From Thermomonospora echinospora (GTDB lineage: Bacteria > Actinomycetota > Actinomycetes > Streptosporangiales > Streptosporangiaceae), in NCBI RefSeq assembly GCF_900108175.1, contig NZ_FNVO01000009.1, positions 102,744 through 166,743 of the forward strand: DNA of 64,000 nucleotides, read 5' to 3'. The notes beneath the pieces were generated by a model that worked only from the letters and a program-made list of their open reading frames with translations, was not told the origin of the DNA and did not search any database. Below are positions 30,920 through 41,344 of the stretch, one piece after another. The stretch's first letter is position 1, and the number at the start of each line of letters is the position of its first letter. The position numbers and the translations under genes were made by a program.

Positions 30920-33082
30920 ATGGAATCCATCACCCTGGGGCTCGGCGTGCTCATCGCCGTCGTCCTGCTGATCGCGCTCGGCCTGGTGATCATGACCAGC
31001 CGGCTGTTCCGCAAGGTGGAGCAGGGCAAGGCGCTGATCATCTCCAAGGTGCGCAAGGTGGACGTCACCTTCACCGGCGCGGTGGTGCTGCCGGTGCTGC
31101 ACAAGGCCGAGGTGATGGACATCTCGGTGAAGACCATCGAGATCGCCCGTACCGGCCGTGAGGGCCTGATCTGCAAGGACAACATCCGCGCCGACATCCG
31201 CATCACGTTCTTCGTACGGGTCAACAAGACCGTCGAGGACGTCATCAAGGTGGCACAGGCGATCGGCACCGAGCGGGCCAGCAGCCAGGAGACGCTGCAG
31301 GAACTGTTCAACGCCAAGTTCTCCGAGGCCCTCAAGACCGTCGGCAAGCACCTGGACTTCGTCGACCTGTACACCCGGCGCGAGGAGTTCCGCGACCACA
31401 TCATCCGGGTCATCGGCACCGACCTCAACGGCTACAGCCTGGAGGACGCGGCCATCGACTACCTGGAGCAGACCCCGCTGACCTCGCTGGACAAGTCCAA
31501 CATCCTGGACGCCCAGGGCATCCGCAAGATCACCGAGCTGACCGCGATCGAGCACGTGCGCACCAACGAGTTCCAGCGCAACGAGGAGAAGGAGATCACC
31601 CGCCAGAACGTCGACGCCCGGGAGGCCATCCTGGAGCTGCGGCGGCGGGAGGCCGACGCCGAGGCCAAGCAGCGGCGCGAGATCGAGACCGTCAAGGCCC
31701 GCGAGGAGGCCGAGATCGCCCGGGTGCAGGCCGAGGAGCGGCTGCGGGCGCAGACCGCCCACATCCGCACCGACGAGCAGCTCGGCATCCAGCACGAGAA
31801 CAAGGCCCGCGAGATCGCGGTGGCCGAGAAGAACCGCGAGCGGGTCCTCGCCGTCGAGTCCGAGCGGATCGAGAAGGACCGGCTGCTGGAGGTCATCGCC
31901 CGCGAGCGGGAGACCGAGCTGACGCGCATCGCCGCCGACAAGGAGGTCGAGGCCGAGAAGCGGGACATCGCCGAGGTCGTCCGGGAGCGGATCGCGGTCG
32001 AGAAGACCGTGGCCGAGCAGGAGGAGAACATCAAGCGGCTGCGCACGGTCGAGGAGGCCGAGCGGACCCGCCAGGCGCTGGTCATCCAGGCCGAGGCCGA
32101 GGCGCAGGAGGCGCTGGTCAAGGACATCAAGGCGGCCGAGGCCGCGGAGGCGGCGGCCAAGTTCAGGGCCCGCGAGGAGCTGGTGCTGGCCGAGGCCCGG
32201 CAGCAGGCCGCCGACCTCGACGCCCGCGCCAAGATCCGGCTGGCCGAGGGTGTGCAGGCCGAGGAGGCCGCCGCCGGGCTGGCCCAGGCGCAGGTCCGCG
32301 CCCGCAACGCCGAGATCGTCGAGCGGGAGGGCCTGATCGAGGCCCAGATCCGCGAGCGCAACGCCGCCGCGATCGAGAAGGAGGGCCTGGCCGAGGCCAC
32401 GGTCGAGCGCGAGAAGCGGGCCGTGGAGGCCGCCGCGCTGCGCGACCGGCTGCAGGCCGAGGCCGACGGCGAGAAGGACAAGGCGCTGGCCCAGGCCGAG
32501 GGCATCGCCGAGAAGCTCAAGGCCGAGGCGGCCGGCCTGACCGACAAGGCCGCGGCGATGGCCAAGCTGTCGGACGCCACCCGCGAGCACGAGGAGTACC
32601 GGCTGCGGCTGGAGGCCGAGAAGGACATCCGGCTGGCCGGCATCGACGTGCAGCGGCAGGTCGCCGAGCAGCAGGCCAACGTGCTGGCGGCCGGGCTCAC
32701 CAAGGCCGACATCAGCATCGTCGGCGGCGACACGGTGTTCTTCGACAAGCTGGTCGGCTCGGTCGCGCTCGGCAAGGGCATCGACCAGTTCGTCGGCAAC
32801 TCCGAGGTCACCCGTTCGCTGGCCGGCCCGTGGCTGGAGGGCAACGGCCGCTTCACCGAGGACCTGACCCGCGTGCTCGGCTCCATCGGCGCCGGCGACG
32901 TCCGCGACCTCACCCTGTCCGCCCTGCTGGCCAAGCTCATCAAGGCCGGCGGCCCCGACACCGACAAGCTGTCGGAGCTGCTGACCACCGCCCAGCGCCT
33001 CGGCCTGTCCGACGCCCCGGTCAACGCCCTGACCCCGCAGCCGGCCGTCTCCACGGTCAAGTCCGTCAACGGCGACCACTGA
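30920..33082 (+). CDS. Flotillin-family protein (SPFH/band-7 domain; YqiK/FloT-like) with very long Glu/Ala/Arg-rich coiled-coil C-terminal region
   Basis: Has an N-terminal TM helix, an SPFH core and EA-rich heptads. At 720 aa it is longer than the usual 500-550. RBS GAAGGGAG lies before the ATG at 30920. Confidence 0.9.
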   Translation: MESITLGLGVLIAVVLLIALGLVIMTSRLFRKVEQGKALIISKVRKVDVTFTGAVVLPVLHKAEVMDISVKTIEIARTGREGLICKDNIRADIRITFFVRVNKTVEDVIKVAQAIGTERASSQETLQELFNAKFSEALKTVGKHLDFVDLYTRREEFRDHIIRVIGTDLNGYSLEDAAIDYLEQTPLTSLDKSNILDAQGIRKITELTAIEHVRTNEFQRNEEKEITRQNVDAREAILELRRREADAEAKQRREIETVKAREEAEIARVQAEERLRAQTAHIRTDEQLGIQHENKAREIAVAEKNRERVLAVESERIEKDRLLEVIARERETELTRIAADKEVEAEKRDIAEVVRERIAVEKTVAEQEENIKRLRTVEEAERTRQALVIQAEAEAQEALVKDIKAAEAAEAAAKFRAREELVLAEARQQAADLDARAKIRLAEGVQAEEAAAGLAQAQVRARNAEIVEREGLIEAQIRERNAAAIEKEGLAEATVEREKRAVEAAALRDRLQAEADGEKDKALAQAEGIAEKLKAEAAGLTDKAAAMAKLSDATREHEEYRLRLEAEKDIRLAGIDVQRQVAEQQANVLAAGLTKADISIVGGDTVFFDKLVGSVALGKGIDQFVGNSEVTRSLAGPWLEGNGRFTEDLTRVLGSIGAGDVRDLTLSALLAKLIKAGGPDTDKLSELLTTAQRLGLSDAPVNALTPQPAVSTVKSVNGDH

Positions 33083-33261
33083 CCCGTAGCGGGGTGTCGC
33101 GGGCGGCCGCCCGCCCGCGACACCCCGGCCCCGACCGGCCACCCGTGCACACCGGCACGGCGCGACGGAACGGTCCGGCGGATGGCCGTTCCGGAACGAC
33201 TCGTGAACGGGCGGTCGCCGGTTGCGGTGGGCATGGCCGCCATACGCCACTAGGAGGATTC

Positions 33262-36200
33262 GTGACGGAGATCGCCACCGACGCCGCCGGGCATGCGGCC
33301 GTGCCCGGAGACGACGGCAGTGGCGGGCAGGCGGGCGGCCCGGGGATGGACAGCGGCACCTACGAGGTGCTGCGGGCGCGGCTGACCGAGCAGGCGGCCG
33401 AGCTGGCGCGGCGGGCCGAGACGCTCAACGCGCGCCGGGTGGAGGTCTTCGGCAGCGCCGAGCTGCGACTGCTGGGCACCGAGCGGATCCGTACCGGCAA
33501 CAACTGCGTGCCCCGTGACATCGTCCCGGTCACCGGGGCCGTCGTCCCCGCGGACGGGGAGCCCGGTCACCAGTCGGGGCTGATGCTGTTCGGCTACAAC
33601 GTGTTCATCGGGCTCAAGCCGGAGACGACGATCGACGACGTCTTCTCCCTGCATCGCTTCACCCGTGACGGCGATGCGTTCCGGTTCGATGACGTGGCCG
33701 CCGACGAGGCGCCGGGGCTGCTGCGCGACCCCCGCTTCGAGAAGGACTTCGCCGACCTCTACCGCTACTACCGCGACACCCGGCTGATGCAGTTGCGCCG
33801 GCTGGACGGCAAGCTGCTGGCGGTGTTCCAGACCGGGGCGCGCACCACCGACATCCGGGTGCTGCGCTGGCAGATCCACCCGGACGGCACCGCCGAGTAC
33901 CTCGACGCCCAGGGCGAACGCGACCACGTCTTCCCGCCCTCGCACGACTTCACGTGGGTGCAGACCACCCGCGAGCAGCACGTCATGGGCCGCCACCCGC
34001 ACATCTCCATCGAGGACGAGCTGTTCGTGGAGACGGTCGGCGGCGACCTCACCGTCAAGATCGAGAACAACACCGAGTCCGGCGAGGGCGTCTACAGCGA
34101 GCCGGTCGACGAGCCGCTGCAGAGCCTGGCCGACGCCGATGTCCACTACGCCCGGATCGGGTCGCTGATCTGCCTGCGCGTCCGCCCGTACAACGAGACC
34201 GAATGGCGGCACCTGATCTTCAACACCCGCACCAAGGACGTGGTGCGGCTGGACGGCATCGGCCAGGCGTGCCAGCGGCTGCCGGAGGACCACGGGCTGA
34301 TCTTCCCCGGGGGCTACTACCTGACCACCGGGGCCGCCAGGACGTTCGACACCGACGTGGCCGGCCTGGAGTTCGAGCGCGTCATCCGTTCCACCAACGG
34401 CGAGGACGTGCTGTACGTCTTCCACGCCCGCGCCGAGGGCCGCACCCTGCTGCTGCCCTACAACGTGATCCGCAAGCAGGTCGCCGCGCCGCTGCCGTGC
34501 CACGGCTACTCGCTGTTCGACGACGGCACGCTGGTGGTGTTCCGCGCCACGTCCGACGAACCCACCCGCGTCCACCCGATGCAGGTGTGGCAGACCCCGT
34601 ACCTGTCGGACGCCTACGCCGCCGCGCAGCCCGTCGGCACCGGCCCGCTGGAGCGGGTCGGCAACGCCGAGCTGGTACGGGGCATCTCCGACTGCCTGTC
34701 GGTGTCGCGGATGGTCGGCGAGATGGCCCCGTCCACCGCCGTCTACGAGGGCCTGATCTCCGCCTGCGCCCGGGTGTTCGACCACTACCACTGGCTGGGC
34801 GAGGCCGAGCTGGGCGACCTGCGGGCGCCGCTGACGGCCGTCCGGGCCGCGGCCGAGCAGGTGCTGGAGGAGTTCGAGAACGTCCAGGCGCTCACCGCGC
34901 AGGCCGCCGAGGCGGTGAACGAGGCCGCCACCAAGATCGCCTCGCTGGTGCGGACGGTACGGGGCGAGGCGCCCAAGACCGCCGACGCCTGGGTGCAGCA
35001 GCTCGCCGCGCTGCGCCGCGAACAGGGCCACCTGGTCACGCTGCGCGAGCTGCGCTACGTCGACACCGAACGGCTCGACCGCCTCGACGCCGACCTGGAC
35101 ACCGAGCTGGCGGGCGCCGGACGGCGCGCGGTGGCGTTCCTCCAGGGCGAGGACGCGTTCACCGGCTACCACGCCGACGTGGAACACCTGGTCGCCGAGG
35201 CCGCCGAGATCACCACGGTCGCGGCCGCGAAGCCGCTCGGCGAACGGCTGGCCGAGCGGTCGGCCGCACTGGAGACGGTGACCGAGGTCGTCGGCTCCCT
35301 CGACATCGCCGACGCCACCGTGCGCACCCGGATCCTGGAGCGCATCGGCGAGGTCCTCGGCGGCGTCAACCGGGCCCGCGCCACCCTGGAGGCCCGTCGC
35401 CGGGAGCTGCTGGCCACCGAGGGGCGGGCCGCGTTCGCCGCCGAGTTCGCGCTGCTCGGCCAGGCCGTCGCCGGGGCGCTGGCGGTCGCCGACACCCCCG
35501 AGCGCTGCGACGAGCAGCTCGGCCGGCTGATGCTGCGGCTGGAGGACCTGGAAACCCGGTTCGGCGACTTCGACGACTTCCTGGCCGAGCTGTCGGCCAA
35601 GCGCGAGGACGTCTACGAGGCGTTCTCCTCGCGCCGGCAGTCGCTGCTGGACGAGCGGGCCCGCCGCGCCGACCGGCTGGCCGCCTCCGCCGACCGCACC
35701 CTGGCCGGGGTACGCCGCCGGGTGGCGAACCTGGCGTCCCTGGACGAGATCAACACCTACTTCGCCGCCGACCCGATGGTGGCCAAGCTCCGCCAGGTCG
35801 CCGAGGAGCTACGGACGCTGGGCGACGCCGTACGCGCCGAGGAGCTGGAGGGCCGGGTCAAGGCCGCCCGCCAGGAGGCCGGGCGTTCCCTGCGCGACCG
35901 CGCCGACCTGTTCACCGACGGCGGCGAGAGCATCCGCCTCGGCCGGCACCGCTTCGCGGTCAACACCCAGCCGATCGACCTCACCCTCGTCCCGCACTCC
36001 GGCGGCATGGCGTACGCCGTCACCGGCACCGACTACCGCTCCCCCGTCGAGGACGAAGGGTTCACCGGCACCCGCGCGTACTGGGACCAGCCGCTGGTGT
36101 CGGAGTCCCCCGAGGTCTACCGGGCCGAGCACCTGGCCGCGTCCATCCTCGCCATGGCCGAGAACGGCGCCGGGGGCCTCACGCTGGAGTCCCTGCACGA

Positions 36201-38496
36201 AGCCGCCGTCACCGAAGACGCCCTCCTGACGGCCGTCCGGAAGGTCGCCGAGTCGCGCTATGACGAGGGCTACGAACGCGGCGTCCACGACCACGACGCC
36301 ACGCTGATCCTCCAGGCTCTGCTGCGGCTGCACTCGGCTGCCGGCCTGCTGCGTTACCCCCCGTCCGCCCGCGCCGCCGCCCGGCTGTTCTGGGCGTACG
36401 GCACGGACGAGGCCGCCCGCACCCGCTGGACCCGCCGGGCCGCCTCCCTGGCCCGCGCCCGCGCCGCCTTCGGCTCCGCCCCCGCCATCACCGAACTCCA
36501 CGACGAGCTGACCCAGGCCATCGCCGTCTTCATGAACCGGCACGACCTCAATGTCACGCCGTCGGAGTCCTCGTCCGGGTCCGCCGACCTCTCCGGGGGA
36601 CGACCGGACGGGCTCCGCTCCAACGACCCCGCATCACCACCGGCCGACCCGGCCGACCCGGCCGACCCGGCCGGCTCGTTCGGCTCGTTCGGCTCAGGGA
36701 TGGCCTCTGGATCCGCGGTGCAGGGGCGGGGCGCTCGGCCTGACCCGTTGGCCGGGGAGTACCTGTTCGAGGAGCTGGCCGGGAACGTTGGCGGTTTCGT
36801 CACGGGGGCGGGTGCCCGCAGGCTGCTGGAGCTGTTCCGCCGGGCGCTGGGGGGCGGCGGCTCGCACTCGCTGACCGCCTTCGAGGACGACCTGCGCGCG
36901 CTGGGCGACGACCTCGCCGCCCGACAGCAGCTCGTGGAGGCGTGGCTGCGCGCCTTCGCCTCGTCCCAGGGCGAGGCGGAGGGCTTCGAGATGGACCTGC
37001 CCGAGGCCGTCGCGATCGAGCTGTGCGGCGCCGCCGTTCCGCGTCACGACTCGTCCGCCACGTTGAGCGCCACCGTCGAGGGCCTGCTGGGCGCCCACCC
37101 GCGCATCACCGATCGGCGGCTGGACCTGCGCATCGACGAGTTCCTCGCCCGCACCCGCGCGTTCCGTACCGAACGCGTCCCGGCCTACCGGGCGTACCAG
37201 AAGCGGCGCGGCGAGCTGGTCGATCGGGAACGCGCCCGGCTGCGGCTGGAGGAGTACCGGCCCAAGGTGATGAGCGCGTTCGTCCGCAACCGGCTGCTGG
37301 ACGAGGTCTACCTACCGCTGATCGGCGACAACCTGGCCAAGCAGCTCGGGGCGTCCGGCGACGCCAAGCGCACCGACCAGATGGGCCTGCTGCTGCTGAT
37401 CTCCCCGCCCGGCTACGGCAAGACGACGCTGATGGAGTACGTGGCCAGCCGCCTCGGCCTGGTGTTCGTCAAGATCAACGGCCCCGCCCTGGGCCACTCG
37501 GTCACCTCGCTGGACCCGGCCGAGGCGCCCAGCGCCACCGCCCGCCAGGAGATCGAGAAGATCTCCTTCGCCCTGGAGTGCGGCAACAACACGCTGCTCT
37601 ACCTGGACGACATCCAGCACACCAACCCCGAGCTGCTGCAGAAGTTCATCTCGCTGTGCGACGCCCAGCGCCGCATGGAGGGCGTCTGGAACGGCCGCAC
37701 CCGCACCTACGACCTGCGCGGCAAGCGCTTCGCGGTGTGCATGGCGGGCAACCCGTACACCGAGGCGGGCAAGAGGTTCCGCATCCCCGACATGCTCGCC
37801 AACCGGGCCGACGTGTGGAACCTGGGCGACGTCCTGTCCGGCAAGGACGAGCTGTTCGCCCTCAGCTACATCGAGAACGCCCTCACCTCCAACCCCGTCC
37901 TGGCGCCGCTGTCCACCCGCGACCGCGGCGACCTGGAGCTCCTGGTCCGCCTGGCCAAGGGCGACGACTCGGTCCGCCCCGACCGGCTCTCCCACCCCTA
38001 CTCCCAGGTCGAGCTGGACCAGATGGTGTCCGTGCTGCGCAAGCTGCTGCGCGTCCAGCAGATCGTGCTGGCGGCCAACCGGGCCTACATCGCCTCGGCC
38101 GCCCAGTCCGACGACTCCCGCACCGAGCCCCCGTTCCAGCTCCAGGGCTCCTACCGCAACATGAACAAACTGGCCGAACGCATCGTCCCCGTCATGAACG
38201 ACACCGAGCTGGAATCCCTCATCGACGACCACTACCTAGGCGAATCCCAAACCCTGGCCGCCGGCGCCGAAGCCAACCTCCTCAAACTCGCCGAACTACG
38301 CGGCACCCTCACCACCGCCCAGGCCACCCGCTGGCACGACGTCAAACAGTCCTACCTCCGCGCCAAGGCCCTCGGCGGCCAGGACGACGACGCCGTCACC
38401 CGAGCCGTCGGCGCCCTCGGCCTCCTCGCCGACCGGGTAGGCGACATAGAACAGGCCATCCACCGCGCCACCACGCGCCCCACCCCGGCACCCTGA
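33262..38496 (+). CDS. Giant 1744-aa protein with N-terminal beta-rich domain, central coiled coil and C-terminal MoxR/AAA_5-like AAA+ ATPase module
   Basis: RBS AGGAGGA + 5 nt lies before the GTG at 33262. Walker A is LLLISPPGYGKTTL, Walker B is TLLYLDDIQH and the sensor region is VCMAGNPYTEAGKRFRIPDMLANRADVW. A Pro/Asp-rich linker (PADPADPADPAGSFGSFGSG) precedes the ATPase. Confidence 0.8.
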   Translation: MTEIATDAAGHAAVPGDDGSGGQAGGPGMDSGTYEVLRARLTEQAAELARRAETLNARRVEVFGSAELRLLGTERIRTGNNCVPRDIVPVTGAVVPADGEPGHQSGLMLFGYNVFIGLKPETTIDDVFSLHRFTRDGDAFRFDDVAADEAPGLLRDPRFEKDFADLYRYYRDTRLMQLRRLDGKLLAVFQTGARTTDIRVLRWQIHPDGTAEYLDAQGERDHVFPPSHDFTWVQTTREQHVMGRHPHISIEDELFVETVGGDLTVKIENNTESGEGVYSEPVDEPLQSLADADVHYARIGSLICLRVRPYNETEWRHLIFNTRTKDVVRLDGIGQACQRLPEDHGLIFPGGYYLTTGAARTFDTDVAGLEFERVIRSTNGEDVLYVFHARAEGRTLLLPYNVIRKQVAAPLPCHGYSLFDDGTLVVFRATSDEPTRVHPMQVWQTPYLSDAYAAAQPVGTGPLERVGNAELVRGISDCLSVSRMVGEMAPSTAVYEGLISACARVFDHYHWLGEAELGDLRAPLTAVRAAAEQVLEEFENVQALTAQAAEAVNEAATKIASLVRTVRGEAPKTADAWVQQLAALRREQGHLVTLRELRYVDTERLDRLDADLDTELAGAGRRAVAFLQGEDAFTGYHADVEHLVAEAAEITTVAAAKPLGERLAERSAALETVTEVVGSLDIADATVRTRILERIGEVLGGVNRARATLEARRRELLATEGRAAFAAEFALLGQAVAGALAVADTPERCDEQLGRLMLRLEDLETRFGDFDDFLAELSAKREDVYEAFSSRRQSLLDERARRADRLAASADRTLAGVRRRVANLASLDEINTYFAADPMVAKLRQVAEELRTLGDAVRAEELEGRVKAARQEAGRSLRDRADLFTDGGESIRLGRHRFAVNTQPIDLTLVPHSGGMAYAVTGTDYRSPVEDEGFTGTRAYWDQPLVSESPEVYRAEHLAASILAMAENGAGGLTLESLHEAAVTEDALLTAVRKVAESRYDEGYERGVHDHDATLILQALLRLHSAAGLLRYPPSARAAARLFWAYGTDEAARTRWTRRAASLARARAAFGSAPAITELHDELTQAIAVFMNRHDLNVTPSESSSGSADLSGGRPDGLRSNDPASPPADPADPADPAGSFGSFGSGMASGSAVQGRGARPDPLAGEYLFEELAGNVGGFVTGAGARRLLELFRRALGGGGSHSLTAFEDDLRALGDDLAARQQLVEAWLRAFASSQGEAEGFEMDLPEAVAIELCGAAVPRHDSSATLSATVEGLLGAHPRITDRRLDLRIDEFLARTRAFRTERVPAYRAYQKRRGELVDRERARLRLEEYRPKVMSAFVRNRLLDEVYLPLIGDNLAKQLGASGDAKRTDQMGLLLLISPPGYGKTTLMEYVASRLGLVFVKINGPALGHSVTSLDPAEAPSATARQEIEKISFALECGNNTLLYLDDIQHTNPELLQKFISLCDAQRRMEGVWNGRTRTYDLRGKRFAVCMAGNPYTEAGKRFRIPDMLANRADVWNLGDVLSGKDELFALSYIENALTSNPVLAPLSTRDRGDLELLVRLAKGDDSVRPDRLSHPYSQVELDQMVSVLRKLLRVQQIVLAANRAYIASAAQSDDSRTEPPFQLQGSYRNMNKLAERIVPVMNDTELESLIDDHYLGESQTLAAGAEANLLKLAELRGTLTTAQATRWHDVKQSYLRAKALGGQDDDAVTRAVGALGLLADRVGDIEQAIHRATTRPTPAP

Positions 38497-38672
38497 CCGC
38501 CAGAACCTACAGCCCTCTGCGATTTTCAAGCCCTCCTCGCCCTTAAAACTGCACTATCCTGCAATTTCGTCCATATCTGTAATTATGGATGACCGAATAC
38601 AGTTCGGAACTCATGGACAGCAGGTCGCCATTCCCCTAGATTTGCATCTCGGACTTCTGAGGGTGGCCGACC

Positions 38673-39392
38673 ATGAAGATCTTCTCCACGGAGGGGCGAG
38701 GGATCTCCGAGGACGATGTTCCCGGTGCGCTCGCAGAGCGCGGAGTGCTCTACTTCCGCAATGGCGATCTGGGATCTGTGCGATCCCACGTCTTCGACTG
38801 GGGAAGGCCGTACGATCATCCGCATCAGAGCGCGCCCGGAATCACGCTGATCCGCGCCCGGCACACCCGGCCGCCGGCCGGGTTGAGCGGATTTACCAGG
38901 GACCGGCTGGCGCTCCACACCGATCGCGCGACCTGCGCCGAACCACCGGCGGTGGTCGCGACCCTGGTCCTGGCCGCCCCGCGGGCCGGAGGTCAGGCAC
39001 TTCTCGCGGATTCGGCGCGGGTGCTGACCGCCTGGTCCCGGCGGCGAAGGCTCTCCACCGCCCGGAGATCGGCCTTTCTGGAAACCAGGAAGGGACGGAC
39101 CCTACGGCCGCTCATCGACTCCGCACCGACGGGCGGGGTACGGATTCGTTTTCGCGATGACGGCATCGCCCGTCCGGCGGCCATGGGGCCGGCCGGTGAG
39201 GAATTCATCGGCGAGCTCAAAAGGCTGTGTTCGCGACCCGTGGTGCTGGACCTCGGCCCAGGCGAGGGATATCTGATCGACAACTATCGCTACCTGCACG
39301 GACGGCGGTCGTTCGTCGGAGAGCGCACCGTGGTCCGGTTCCTGGCGACGCCAGGCCCCGACCACACGATCCCCTTTGGTTTCGATGGCTAG
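38673..39392 (+). CDS. TauD/TfdA-like Fe(II)/2-oxoglutarate dioxygenase-fold protein
   Basis: LALHTDRATCAEPP is the HxD...P motif 1 and DNYRYLHGRRSF is the DNR...H motif 2. RBS GAGGGTGG is present. The gene is preceded by an AT-rich tract. Its GC3 is clearly lower than that of neighbouring genes. Confidence 0.6.
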   Translation: MKIFSTEGRGISEDDVPGALAERGVLYFRNGDLGSVRSHVFDWGRPYDHPHQSAPGITLIRARHTRPPAGLSGFTRDRLALHTDRATCAEPPAVVATLVLAAPRAGGQALLADSARVLTAWSRRRRLSTARRSAFLETRKGRTLRPLIDSAPTGGVRIRFRDDGIARPAAMGPAGEEFIGELKRLCSRPVVLDLGPGEGYLIDNYRYLHGRRSFVGERTVVRFLATPGPDHTIPFGFDG

Positions 39393-40395
39393 GCGGCCGG
39401 TCGGGCGCGGTTCCCGGCAGAGCCCGCGCGCTCGGCTCGTCCAACGGCTCGCCGCGTTGCCCCCGGCGACGACGCCCGGTTTCTCCACCGGCATACGGGA
39501 GGTCGTCGAGAGCCTTTCCGACCCGGAGGCACAGCTTGCGGACGTGCTGCGCAGCACCCGGCATCCCACCGACGTGCGGTTCGCGGCCCTGTACGGCTGG
39601 CTGCTCAGGCTCCGGCGGGAGGAAAGGTACGCCGAGTACGAATCCGTGCTGAGGCAGTATGGTCACGAGTTCGAGCAAGAGCCCTATGTCTACACGTTCC
39701 ACGCGATCGTCGCGCGCAACAGAGGAGACGCCAGTAGCCTGAGAAGCGCGGTCGAGTACTCCCGGCGCGCGGCCGAGCTGATGCCCGATGTGGCCGGGGT
39801 CGTGCACCAGCTCGCGGCCTTTCTGATCGAGTATCTCGAACGCTCCGACTCCGTCGTCGAAGCCGAGCTTCGGGAGGCGGAACGATCCGTGGACCAGGCG
39901 ATAGCGCTGACACACGGGCAGATCGGCCACTATTTCGAGACCAGAGCCCGCATACTCGCGATCCGGGGAGACTTCGGCGCCGCCCGGGCCGCCGTCAACC
40001 AGGCCATAGAGCTGGAGCCGCGGACCACCCGGGACTACCAGCGGAGGCTGACGCAGTACCAGACCACCCGAATCCGCATCGAGCTGCTGCAACAGCGCGC
40101 GTACTGGCGGCGGCAGCAGGAGGACAATCGCCGCGAACTGACCGATTTCAAAGCACAGCAGTTGCAACTGCTCGGCCTGTTGGCCGCGGTGGTGGCCTTC
40201 ATCGCGACCACGGGAAACCTCGCCGCCAGCGCCAGATGGCCGGACAGCATCCGCCTCATCGAAGGCATGGCCGGGTCCATCATCATCGTCTTCGCGTCGT
40301 TCACCCTGGCAAGTTCGAAGTCGGTATGGCGAGTCCTGTTCATGTACCTGGTGGGTGGGGTACTGCTGGTCGTGCCGTATCTAGTCGAAGGGTGA
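39385..40395 (+). CDS. Hypothetical protein with helical, repeat-like soluble N-domain and 2-3 C-terminal TM helices
   Basis: The start overlaps the stop of the upstream gene (ATGGCTAG). The C-terminus LLGLLAAVVAFIATTGNLAA...IIIVFASFTLA...VLFMYLVGGVLLVVPYLV is hydrophobic. Confidence 0.55.
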   Translation: MARRPVGRGSRQSPRARLVQRLAALPPATTPGFSTGIREVVESLSDPEAQLADVLRSTRHPTDVRFAALYGWLLRLRREERYAEYESVLRQYGHEFEQEPYVYTFHAIVARNRGDASSLRSAVEYSRRAAELMPDVAGVVHQLAAFLIEYLERSDSVVEAELREAERSVDQAIALTHGQIGHYFETRARILAIRGDFGAARAAVNQAIELEPRTTRDYQRRLTQYQTTRIRIELLQQRAYWRRQQEDNRRELTDFKAQQLQLLGLLAAVVAFIATTGNLAASARWPDSIRLIEGMAGSIIIVFASFTLASSKSVWRVLFMYLVGGVLLVVPYLVEG

Positions 40396-40400
40396 CAGGT

Positions 40401-41219
40401 GTGAAGCTCGTTGATTCGGCAGGAGCGGCCGGCGCATCAGATCGGCTCTCCGAGGACAGATTCGGAATGTCCGGAAATTGCGCCTGGGTCATCGACGGCG
40501 CATCGGATTTCCGGAACGAGCGGAATCTGCCCGCCGTCTCGAACGTCCACTGGCTCGTGGATCGTCTGCAGGGCGCCCTGCAGACGCGCGGCGCCGACGG
40601 CACCGTCGCCTCGGGCACCCTCCTGCTGACCGAGATACAGGCCGAGATCGTCGCTGAACTGGCCCGCCACGACCTGCGGGAGATGCAACAGCATCCCTGC
40701 TGCTCCCTGACCCTGCTCGTGGTGCACGAAGACGTCCTGGAGATCGTCCGGGTCGGAGACGCGGTCGGTGTCCTGTGCGGTGACTCGCTGGAGCTGGAGA
40801 TCAGCACCGGGTTCTTCGACGCGCGTGAGGCCGCCGCGGTCGAGCAGGCGCGAGCCCAGGACCTGACGATGGACGAGATCACCTCGGCGATGTACCGGCG
40901 GCGTTCGGAGTACATCCGCGGCATCAACGGCGAGTCGGTCTTCTCCGGCCATCCGGACGGGAACCTCTTCGCGCATTCCCTGCTGGTCCCTCGTCGGCGC
41001 GGAGCGGGCTTCGTCGTCCTGCTGTGCACGGACGGCCTGGCCAGAGCCGTGACGGAATACCGGCTCTTCGCCGACTGGCCTGCGCTGCTCAACGCCTGCC
41101 TGGCCAAGGGCGTGGATGCAGTGATCACCGAAATGCGCGCCTTCGAGGACGCGGCCGAGTCCGTGGCGGGCAAATTCAAGAAATCCGACGATGTGGCGGC
41201 CGTGCTGCTCCAGGTTTGA
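40401..41219 (+). CDS. PP2C-like (PPM-fold) phosphatase-like protein, possibly divergent or inactive
   Basis: A GTG lies 6 bp after the upstream stop. PPM-like blocks WVIDGASD, RVGDAVGVLCGDS and LLCTDGLARAV are present, but several canonical metal-binding Asp and Gly residues are substituted. Confidence 0.5.
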   Translation: MKLVDSAGAAGASDRLSEDRFGMSGNCAWVIDGASDFRNERNLPAVSNVHWLVDRLQGALQTRGADGTVASGTLLLTEIQAEIVAELARHDLREMQQHPCCSLTLLVVHEDVLEIVRVGDAVGVLCGDSLELEISTGFFDAREAAAVEQARAQDLTMDEITSAMYRRRSEYIRGINGESVFSGHPDGNLFAHSLLVPRRRGAGFVVLLCTDGLARAVTEYRLFADWPALLNACLAKGVDAVITEMRAFEDAAESVAGKFKKSDDVAAVLLQV

Positions 41220-41344
41220 CCGGCATCGGCCACGGCCGTCCGGCACCGGACGGCGCACGAGACCATCACTGCACCCGGTACCGCGAACCGGGGGCCGGCC
41301 CTGCGCGGCGAACAGGAGCGAACATGTCGACCACCGACCATCCC

